Positions 30,722 through 38,059 of a stretch of DNA of 64,000 nucleotides are shown here, in pieces; position 1 is the stretch's first letter; every line of letters begins with the position of its first letter. Position numbers and translations under genes: made by a program. Source of the stretch: Gemmatimonas sp. (lineage in GTDB: Bacteria > Gemmatimonadota > Gemmatimonadetes > Gemmatimonadales > Gemmatimonadaceae); the NCBI GenBank assembly GCA_031414535.1, contig JANNVQ010000014.1, positions 32,001 through 96,000 on the forward strand, written 5' to 3'. Below the pieces are notes generated by a model. That model did not search any database. It had not been told where the DNA came from and saw only the letters and a list, made by a program, of their open reading frames with translations.

Positions 30722-31355
30722 ATGACCCGTGTTAAGGACCACCAGCCGAATCGCCCAACTTGGTTCGATCTCGCGACCCGCGAGCCTGAGCACGCGCGTC
30801 AGTTCTACAAGACTGTACTCGGCTGGGAGTACGACGTCAGCGGCCCGGAGTTCGGCGGCTACGCCATGGCGAAGTGCGGCGATGACGTTGCCGCGGGCAT
30901 CGGTGCGCTCGCTCCCGGTCATCCGTCACCGCCCGCTTGGACGGTGTACTTCGGCGTCACGGATGCCGAAGCCACCTCGGCAAAGATCACTGCGAAGGGT
31001 GGCAAGGTATTCGTGCCAGCGATGGACATCGGTGCGTTTGGACGCATGGCCGTGTGTGAGGATCCGACGGGGGCCGTGTTCGGGCTCTGGCAGCCGAACG
31101 AGCACCGAGGCGCCGGTGTGCTGAATGAGCCAGGCGGCATGGCGTGGAGCGAGGTCAACACTCGGGACCCCAAGGCCGCCGCACTGGATGGCCTACTTTG
31201 CCGTGGCCGACGTGGACGCGGTGAAAGCCAAGGTGATTGCCGGCGGAGGCAGCGTTCCCTTCGGTCCATTCGACAGTCCATACGGCCGCATTATCGTGGT
31301 GATGGACCCACAGGGTGCCGCGGTGTCGCTCATTGAATTGTCGGAGACGACCTAG
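30722..31355 (+). pseudogene. Two-domain VOC/glyoxalase-family protein with an internal deletion and frameshift
   Basis: Domain 1 is intact (WFDLAT...FYKTVLGW...WTVYFGV...DPTGAVFGLWQ). Domain 2 begins WSEVNTRDPKAAA, then jumps frame directly to PPHWMAYFAVADVD...DPQGA. Confidence 0.8.
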
Positions 31356-31393
31356 GCGCTAACGGCAGGCGTGCGCCGCATTATTCTTCAAGC

Positions 31394-32038
31394 ATGCGGA
31401 TCGCGCGCGCGCAGACCAAAGGCGAAGAAATTGCTAACAGTATTGTCCACGGCATGGGACTTGCCCTCAGTGTCGTGGCGCTTGTTGTATTGGTGGTGAA
31501 GTCCGCACAGATGGATCGCGCGATACTCGTGGTGGCGAGCGCGGTATTCGGTGCGACAATGGTAGCGCTGTACCTCGCGTCCACCATTTATCACGCGTTG
31601 CCGCCAGGACCGAACAAGAGCCTGTTCCGCGTCATCGACCACTCGGCGATTTATCTCTTGATTGCTGGTACGTACACGCCGTTTGCGCTTGGCCCCCTGC
31701 GCGGACCGTGGGGCTGGACCCTGCTCGGTTCCGTGTGGGCCCTCGCCGCGCTCGGCATCATCACCAAGGTGAAGCTGGGATTCATCTATCCACGCCTCTC
31801 CACCGGTCTGTACGTCGCGATGGGGTGGATGGGAATCCTTGTGGTGAAGCCTTTGCTCGATAGCATGCCAGCAGGTGGATTGTGGTGGCTGTTGGCCGGC
31901 GGCGTCTGCTACACCGGCGGTGTGCTCTTCTTCGTGAAGGATGCACAGCTAAAGTTCGGCCACGCCTTGTGGCACGTGTGCGTGGTGGCTGGGACCTTAT
32001 GCCACTTTGTGGCCGTGCTCCAGTACGCTCTGCGGTAG
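31394..32038 (+). CDS. Hemolysin III family (PAQR/TrhA-like) membrane protein
   Basis: EEIANSIVHG, ASTIYH, DHSAIYLLIAGTYTP, HALWH motifs. Confidence 0.92.
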   Translation: MRIARAQTKGEEIANSIVHGMGLALSVVALVVLVVKSAQMDRAILVVASAVFGATMVALYLASTIYHALPPGPNKSLFRVIDHSAIYLLIAGTYTPFALGPLRGPWGWTLLGSVWALAALGIITKVKLGFIYPRLSTGLYVAMGWMGILVVKPLLDSMPAGGLWWLLAGGVCYTGGVLFFVKDAQLKFGHALWHVCVVAGTLCHFVAVLQYALR

Positions 32039-32737
32039 CGATCGGCCCGCGCGCACAAAGAGCACTCCCAACACCAGCATCCAGAGTGGCAGCACCCAGT
32101 TATTCAGTTCCGCGACCACGGCGACCGCCGGCGTGACGTTCCGCCACATTGCGATGAAGCCAGCGAATGCGGCGAAGCCGCCAGCGTAGGCACTCCAGCG
32201 CGGCAGAACGCTTGAGCGCAGCGTCCCTACCGCAATCACGAGGAAGTAAGCGCCGAGTGTGAGTTCTCCAATGAATTCGCCGAGATAGTTGCCGAGGTAG
32301 CTGTTGAGGCCATCGAATACCGCGGTAATCGCGGCGCGCTGCATCTCATCCGATGTCCCCACGTACGCGTTTGCGAGGGACCAATGGATGCTCGGCCAGC
32401 GCAGTAGGCCCAGCATCAGTGCAGCGGCGGAGAAGGCTGCGAGCACGAGGGCGGCGCGGCCCAGCGATGGCGTCCGCTCGTGCAGCGCCGCTTGGGCACC
32501 GATGCCCGCAGGTAGAAGGAGCAGTGGGATGAGGGCATAGAACGCCCACACAGCACGACCTTCACTGCCCATGGAAAGGAGGGCAGGAAGCACATCAGCG
32601 GCCGCGCCGTCGAGAACATCGGGATATGCGAACTTCGCGGCGAGGTAGCTGAACACCCCAATGAACGAGAATGCCGCGATGATCAGCGACCATCCGGCTG
32701 CCTTCACGGCGCTACCCTGTGGATTCGCTCCGTTCAT
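31997..32737 (-). CDS. DUF4386-like membrane protein
   Basis: Multi-TM; FAYPDVL and GLLRW motifs, YLGEFIGE; 4-nt overlap with the upstream gene. Confidence 0.65.
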   Translation of the reverse strand: MNGANPQGSAVKAAGWSLIIAAFSFIGVFSYLAAKFAYPDVLDGAAADVLPALLSMGSEGRAVWAFYALIPLLLLPAGIGAQAALHERTPSLGRAALVLAAFSAAALMLGLLRWPSIHWSLANAYVGTSDEMQRAAITAVFDGLNSYLGNYLGEFIGELTLGAYFLVIAVGTLRSSVLPRWSAYAGGFAAFAGFIAMWRNVTPAVAVVAELNNWVLPLWMLVLGVLFVRAGRSLPQSVLEHGHKVA

Positions 32738-33207
32738 CGCGCCCGTCCGAGGCGCACATCAAAGCCAACCGTTGGATTCACACGAACCTCGCCATCGAAT
32801 GTGGTCAGTACGCCAACACCGAGGCGAAAGGCCGCGCGGCGAGCAAACGGCATGCGAAGGCCTAGGTCCGAGAGAATGCCATTGTCCCAGTCATCGTCAA
32901 CGCTGAACAGGAGCGACGGAGCGAAGTACGGCGTCCATCCGGAGGACCGCAGGTAGGCAGCGGCACCGATGCGAATAAAGTTGGTGTTCTCACCCTCGGA
33001 CTGGCCGTCGGCCGTGATGATGGTGGGATAGAACCCCGCGTGGACGCCGAAGCGCTCGCCGCGCCATTCGAGACCGGTAGCGGGATTGCGAAAGATCGTG
33101 AGATAGAGACCACCCGCTACTGGAACCACTGGCGCTTGGGCGGCCGCGGTACTCGAAGCGAGCGGAAGCGCGAACAGGACGAGGACGGTGCGGAAGAGAC
33201 GGGACAT
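32734..33207 (-). CDS. Hypothetical secreted / small outer-membrane beta-barrel-like protein
   Basis: Signal peptide (…SSTAAAQA); alternating amphipathic beta strands. Confidence 0.6.
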   Translation of the reverse strand: MSRLFRTVLVLFALPLASSTAAAQAPVVPVAGGLYLTIFRNPATGLEWRGERFGVHAGFYPTIITADGQSEGENTNFIRIGAAAYLRSSGWTPYFAPSLLFSVDDDWDNGILSDLGLRMPFARRAAFRLGVGVLTTFDGEVRVNPTVGFDVRLGRAR

Positions 33208-33293
33208 CGGTTGGCTCCAGGGCCGCGTGAGGGAGATGCGCCGGGAGTCAGCGCGATCACATCACAATGATTGGGGATCAGGGTCTCAGTGAC

Positions 33294-33332
33294 GTTGACG
33301 TCTTGCGCCAAGGGGTTGACCTTTCCTGCCAA
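33294..33332 (-). promoter_or_regulatory. Tandem direct repeat GTTGAC-N7-GCCAA x2 with 21-bp period (candidate AraC-family operator)
   Basis: GTTGACgtcttgcGCCAA at 33294 and GTTGACctttcctGCCAA at 33315, between the AraC gene and its divergent operon. Confidence 0.65.
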
Positions 33333-33354
33333 CCTTGAGCGTCGTGGGAGGCAA

Positions 33355-34401
33355 ATGGCGCGGTTCACTGTGGCGGCTTCGGTGATGATTGACCTCGCCC
33401 AACAGCTTGCGGCCGATGGTATTCCCAGCGGTCGGCTCTGCGACCGCGCGGGTGTGGACCCGAGCTTTCTCACGCGGCCACACGACCGGGTCTCCGCCGT
33501 GGACGCGGATCGCATCTGGAGTGCCGCCGTCGCGCTCAGTGGCGATTTACTCCTGGGATTGCACCTCGCCGAGCGCTACCGTGAAGGGGCGCTGAACATC
33601 CTCGGATACGTACTGCTGAACTGTGAGGATGCCGCAGCGGCGCTCGAGTGCCTGAGGCGCTATGCTGCGCTTTTGAATGACGGCTTGTCGGTGCGAGTGG
33701 AGGTAACTGACCACAGGTCCTCGGTGGTGCTCGAGGCAGTCGCTGGAGCCGAGAATCCATTGCTGGCCGATGGTCGTCACGTCTTCGAGACGATGGCGAC
33801 CGGGATAGTGCTCACGCTGCGGCGCCTGACGGGCCAGCGCTTCATTGCACATGAGGTGAGTTTCCGCCACGCTGCTGCCGGTACGCTCTCGGAGTATCAT
33901 CGCGTCTTCGGGACCGTCGTGCGCTTCGGCGCCGCGCGTACGCAATTGGTCTTTGCCCGCGCCGAACTTGCGGCTCCGGTGTTGAGCGCCGATGCAACCC
34001 TGTTGCCAGTGCTGGAGGGTCACGCGCGTGAGCGCCTCCGTGCACTGGAGCGCGATGGTGACACCAGTCGGCGCGTCTTGCGTGAGATTGCACCTCGTCT
34101 GACGGGTACCGCGCCGAGCGTTACGACCATCGCTCGAGCCATCGCGATGAGCTCACGCGCAATGCAGCGAGCGCTACAGGCCGAAGGGAGTTCTTTTCAG
34201 CGCACCCTAGATGAAGCGCGGCAAGCAGTCGCTGAGCGGCAACTTCGCGTACCGGGCGTGACGGCGTCGGAAGTCGCGCTGCTCCTGGGATACTCGGAGA
34301 CAAGCGCGTTTACGCGTGCCTTCCGTCGTTGGACTGGAAAGACACCGTCAGCATGGGCAACTTCTGCAGGAAACGAGTCCGAGAGCATCACCGCGCGCTA
34401 A
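33355..34401 (+). CDS. AraC-family transcriptional regulator (arabinose-binding-like N-terminal domain type)
   Basis: LGLHLAE...LGYVLLNC N-terminal domain; C-terminal SSRAMQRALQAEGSSFQ and EVALLLGYSETSAFTRAFRRWTGKTP. Confidence 0.92.
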   Translation: MARFTVAASVMIDLAQQLAADGIPSGRLCDRAGVDPSFLTRPHDRVSAVDADRIWSAAVALSGDLLLGLHLAERYREGALNILGYVLLNCEDAAAALECLRRYAALLNDGLSVRVEVTDHRSSVVLEAVAGAENPLLADGRHVFETMATGIVLTLRRLTGQRFIAHEVSFRHAAAGTLSEYHRVFGTVVRFGAARTQLVFARAELAAPVLSADATLLPVLEGHARERLRALERDGDTSRRVLREIAPRLTGTAPSVTTIARAIAMSSRAMQRALQAEGSSFQRTLDEARQAVAERQLRVPGVTASEVALLLGYSETSAFTRAFRRWTGKTPSAWATSAGNESESITAR

Positions 34402-34436
34402 GTCGCAATCCGTCAACCGCCCTCACCAATTCATCA

Positions 34437-35759
34437 ATGCGCCACACCCTCCTTGCCCTGCTCGGCCTCGTGGCCGTCCTCACGTCAGCCACGCCGGCGT
34501 CCGCACAGTCGCACCTCGAGGCCCGCAATCGCTGGGCCCGCCTCTGTGAGATGCGACGCGAGAAGTTTGACCGCATCCTCCCCGAGGCAATGCGCGAGAA
34601 CGGCATCGATATGTGGATCGTAGCAATGCGCGAAGGGCACCACGACCCCCTCTGGGAACTCCTCGGGCGCGGCTACGTCGGCACCACCGGCTACTACATC
34701 TTCACCGACCGCGGCGGCGATCGCATTGAGCGCGTCGCCGTTGACATCACCGACCACAACCGCAGCGCCTGCGGCGCCTACGACCTCGAGCTCTCCGGCA
34801 CTGATCTCGGCGCCTTCGTGCGCGAGCGAAATCCGCGCAAGATTGGCCTCAACATGTCCACCGAGATGGGGATGGCGGACGGCCTCTCGTACACGATGCA
34901 CGCCAATATCGTGCGGGCGCTCGGACCGACGCTCGCAACGCGCCTCGTCTCAGCCGAGAAGCTTGTGTCGGACTTCAGCTCCCGTCGCGTGGCCAGCGAG
35001 CTCGTGGCGTTTGGTGATGCCACCGAGATGGGGCGGCAAATCGCCGAGCGCGCGCTCTCCAACGAGGTCATCACCCCGGGCGTCACTACGCTCGCCGAAG
35101 TGGCGTGGTGGATCCAAGAGCAGCAACTCCAACGCGGACTCGGCTCCTCATTTGAAGTCCCGAGCATTTACGTGACGGGGCCCAATGGGATTGAGGCAAC
35201 TTCCAACGACCGCATCATCCAGCGCGGCGACATCGTGATGATGGATTTTGGCGTGGGCTACCTCAATATGTGGACTGATCAGAAGCGGATTGCGTACGTG
35301 CTTAAGCCCGGCGAGGTGGCGCTTCCGGCGAGTATCCAGCGCGCGTTCGATCAAGCGGTCAGAGTTCGCGAGGTAATCCGGCGCACGGCCCGACCCGGCG
35401 CCACGGCGCAGGTCATGATGGACTCCGTGAATGCCGCGATTGTGGCCGCTGGATTCACCGCGATGCGCGGCTTCAACCAAGTGCGCGACGATGCGACCAC
35501 CGAGTTCATCATTGGCTGCCACTCCGTGGGTGACTGGGGGCACGGGATTGGGCCGTCGATGGCGTTCTTCAATCCGGGACGGCTGAAGTTCGAGATCCGG
35601 CCCTCCAACCTGTTCTCGATTGAGCTATTTGCGTATACGCCTATCCCCGAGTGGGGCGGGAAGAAGCTGCGGATTCCGCTCGAGGACGACGCCGTGGTGA
35701 CGTCGCGTGGCGTGGAGTGGTTGTCGCCAATCAACCATCGGATTCAGTTGATTCGATAG
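34437..35759 (+). CDS. Secreted M24-family metallopeptidase
   Basis: Signal peptide from ATG 34437; DFGVGYLNMWTDQKR, HSVGDWGH, SIE, LEDD metal ligands. Confidence 0.85.
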   Translation: MRHTLLALLGLVAVLTSATPASAQSHLEARNRWARLCEMRREKFDRILPEAMRENGIDMWIVAMREGHHDPLWELLGRGYVGTTGYYIFTDRGGDRIERVAVDITDHNRSACGAYDLELSGTDLGAFVRERNPRKIGLNMSTEMGMADGLSYTMHANIVRALGPTLATRLVSAEKLVSDFSSRRVASELVAFGDATEMGRQIAERALSNEVITPGVTTLAEVAWWIQEQQLQRGLGSSFEVPSIYVTGPNGIEATSNDRIIQRGDIVMMDFGVGYLNMWTDQKRIAYVLKPGEVALPASIQRAFDQAVRVREVIRRTARPGATAQVMMDSVNAAIVAAGFTAMRGFNQVRDDATTEFIIGCHSVGDWGHGIGPSMAFFNPGRLKFEIRPSNLFSIELFAYTPIPEWGGKKLRIPLEDDAVVTSRGVEWLSPINHRIQLIR

Positions 35760-35773
35760 ACACGCGAGTCGAG

Positions 35774-36829
35774 CTAGGCCGCAATCCGTCGGTGCCGTCC
35801 CACCAGCGGCATCACCTGCGCGGCGAATCGCTCCATCTCCTCCAACTGCGGGCTGCACTGCAACAGCAAGAGATCAACCCCAACTTTCCCGAGCGCATGC
35901 ACGCGTTCGGCGACCTGCTCTGCTGTGCCAATCAGCCCGGTGCGCAGTCCACGATTGGACACCGAGTAGTCCTGCACGCTGAGTTGTTGATCGAGCTGGG
36001 TGTTGGCAATCCAGTCCTGGAAGTTGCCGTAGCCAGGTGAGTGCTCTGCCACGTTGGTGATGCGTGCGAGCTCTTGCTGCACCTCGCGTTCGTTGTCGCG
36101 CACGATAGCGTACGCGGCTACGCCAAACTGCATCGGCGGCAATCCGGCACGTTCGCGGCGCGCGCGCAGATCGGCAATCTTCGGTGCAAGGCGCTCCGGG
36201 GTGTCTCCGTGCATCACGTAGGCATCGCAGCGCGTGCTGATGAGCGTCTTGGCAGCCTCCGATTCACCGCCGGCATAGAGCGGCGGACGCGGGCGCGACA
36301 GACTGCGCAGTGGCGGCGGTTGCACCACCAGCTCATCCACTTGGTAGTACTTGCCATTGAAGCTCACGCTCGGCTCCGACCACGCGCGCGAGAGCACTTC
36401 GAGCCATTCGGCGGTGCGCGCGTAGCGGTCATCGTGTTCATCGAAGGTGCTGCCATAGCGACGCGCTTCGTCCTTCCACCAGCTCGACACCACATTGAGC
36501 GAGAGACGCCCATTGCTGATGTGATCGATGTTGGCCGCCTGCTTGGCCAACTGTGCGGGGTGATGGTAGCTAGGGCGCACCGCCACCATCAGCTCTAGCG
36601 AATGCGTCACCGCGGCGAGTGCGGCGGCCGTGCTCCAGGCATCCATCGCGGGCGCATTCACACCCTTGATGTCGTTCAGGAACAGCTCGGCGATGAGCGT
36701 GAGGTCGTAGCCGAGCTCTTCACTGCGCCGCGCGAGGCGCTGAACGTAGTTCCAGGTGGACTCCATGCCCTCGTCCTCAACGTTCCGCAGCCAACCGCCG
36801 AAGACCGGTAACCAATATCCGTAGCGCAT
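35774..36829 (-). CDS. LLM-class flavin-dependent monooxygenase (SsuD/SfnG-like)
   Basis: YWLPVFGG, DAWSTAAALAAVT, AVRP, ANIDHISNGRLSLNVV, PPLYAGGES, LIGTAEQVAER, EEMERFAAQVMP. Confidence 0.88.
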   Translation of the reverse strand: MRYGYWLPVFGGWLRNVEDEGMESTWNYVQRLARRSEELGYDLTLIAELFLNDIKGVNAPAMDAWSTAAALAAVTHSLELMVAVRPSYHHPAQLAKQAANIDHISNGRLSLNVVSSWWKDEARRYGSTFDEHDDRYARTAEWLEVLSRAWSEPSVSFNGKYYQVDELVVQPPPLRSLSRPRPPLYAGGESEAAKTLISTRCDAYVMHGDTPERLAPKIADLRARRERAGLPPMQFGVAAYAIVRDNEREVQQELARITNVAEHSPGYGNFQDWIANTQLDQQLSVQDYSVSNRGLRTGLIGTAEQVAERVHALGKVGVDLLLLQCSPQLEEMERFAAQVMPLVGRHRRIAA

Positions 36830-37800
36830 TAGCGCACCCCGGCGAGCAGTCCGGCCCGCTGCTCAAGCGCGTCAACGAGTGGCTGCCAGGGATCGAAGCC
36901 GATGACATTGGGCGCATCGGCGACGAAGTTGGAAAGTGCGTTGACGTCGTAGTAGTAGTGCTGGCCGTCGCGATCATCCACGAGCAACTCGATGCCGCCA
37001 ACATCCAACTGCGCCGCCTGCGCGATGGCTTCCACCTGCGCAATGATTGCATCGCTGGGGCGCGTGCCTTCCACCCGCATGCCTGTCTTGGGCGCGTCAA
37101 TGGCGCAGGCGCCGCGCACGAGTTCCACGCCATTCGTGGTCTGGCAGGCATCGGCGGGGCAGAGGTCAAACGAGCCCGTGGCCGGATGCACATTAATGGC
37201 ATAGAGGAACTTGCCGTTCAGCGTCTCCACTCGCGTGATGTGTCCGTTGCGCAGTGGTGCGGACTCTTGCACCAGCGCAACGCCGTCCACGCCGAGCTGC
37301 ACTTCGCCGCGCGCGGTGGCATCGCGCAGGGCCTCGGGCGTGTCGTAGCGCACGATGCCGGCTCCGCTGCCTCCAATGTTGGCCTTCACCAGCACCGGAA
37401 AGCGCAAACCTTCTGCGGCCTTGGGCGCGAGTGCCGGGTTATTGATCACGCGGCTGGCTGGGAACGGCAGCCCCAGCTTGGACAGCAGGCCAAGCTGCGT
37501 GGCCTTGGACAACTCAAGCGAGTACACGCCAGAGCCGTTCACCACGGGAACGCCGAGCCGTTCTACGTGATGCAGCCAGTGCAACGTGGAGAACAGACTG
37601 TTGCCGTGCCCGCGCAGGTAGGCGCTGGGGCTCGCCCGGTTGAAGACCAGGGAGTATGGCAGGTCTGTCTCTGAAGGGTCGAACGCGTGCGCATCGGCGG
37701 CTAGGCGTTCGTAGGGGAGGCCGCGGCGCTCAAGTTCAGTGAAGAGCGGACGGAACCAGTCGGGGTGCTCATAGAGCACAGCAATCGGACGGTGAGACAC
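36829..37800 (-). CDS. RimK-like ATP-grasp ligase
   Basis: YEHPDWF, FNRASPS, VVNG, SKATQ, FPVLVKANIGGSGAGI, LVQE, GGIE, YYDVNALSNF; Cys-rich CPADAC...C loop; GTG 37800 chosen because it lies downstream of the leader terminator. Confidence 0.8.
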   Translation of the reverse strand: MSHRPIAVLYEHPDWFRPLFTELERRGLPYERLAADAHAFDPSETDLPYSLVFNRASPSAYLRGHGNSLFSTLHWLHHVERLGVPVVNGSGVYSLELSKATQLGLLSKLGLPFPASRVINNPALAPKAAEGLRFPVLVKANIGGSGAGIVRYDTPEALRDATARGEVQLGVDGVALVQESAPLRNGHITRVETLNGKFLYAINVHPATGSFDLCPADACQTTNGVELVRGACAIDAPKTGMRVEGTRPSDAIIAQVEAIAQAAQLDVGGIELLVDDRDGQHYYYDVNALSNFVADAPNVIGFDPWQPLVDALEQRAGLLAGVR

Positions 37801-37837
37801 AGGCAACTCAGGGCGAAGGATTTCGCCGACCCACACG

Positions 37838-37869
37838 AAAAAGCCCGGCAAGCAAAGGCGCCGCCGGGC
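37838..37869 (-). terminator. Intrinsic terminator in the 5' leader of the ATP-grasp/LLM operon
   Basis: Minus strand GCCCGGCGGC-gccttt-GCTTGCCGGGC followed by TTTTT, immediately 3' of the aptamer. Confidence 0.8.
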
Positions 37870-37872
37870 ACT

Positions 37873-37928
37873 CGCGTTTTAGCTCCTTGTTTAACGTGGC
37901 GGCAATAGGCGGCAAAAGACCACGGGGA
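37873..37928 (-). ncRNA. SAM-II (SAM_alpha)-like riboswitch aptamer
   Basis: Minus strand TCCCCGTGGTCTTTTGCCGCCTATTGCCGCCACGTTAAACAAGGAGCTAAAACGCG: P1 CGTGG/CCACG, U-rich L1, TTGC pairing with GC(T)AA in the pseudoknot, A-rich TTAAACAAG loop, as in SAM-II leaders. Confidence 0.8.
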
Positions 37929-37943
37929 CAATCAGTTGGAAGG

Positions 37944-37972
37944 AGGATAAAGCCGCCGCAGACCGAGGTCAA
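37944..37972 (-). promoter_or_regulatory. Putative sigma70 promoter driving the riboswitch leader
   Basis: Minus strand TTGACC-N17-TATCCT ending 15 nt before the aptamer. Confidence 0.65.
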
Positions 37973-38059
37973 GTGAGCCGGCATGGGCACGGGCAAAGTC
38001 GCTGGCAAAACGCCATATTTGTTGGGTCTGCACTCCTAGTGTCTCCCTGACGTTTTGAG

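Noticed and set aside
37801..37851. TTG start at 37851 for the ATP-grasp gene
   Set aside because: It falls inside the leader terminator hairpin; GTG 37800 is more plausible
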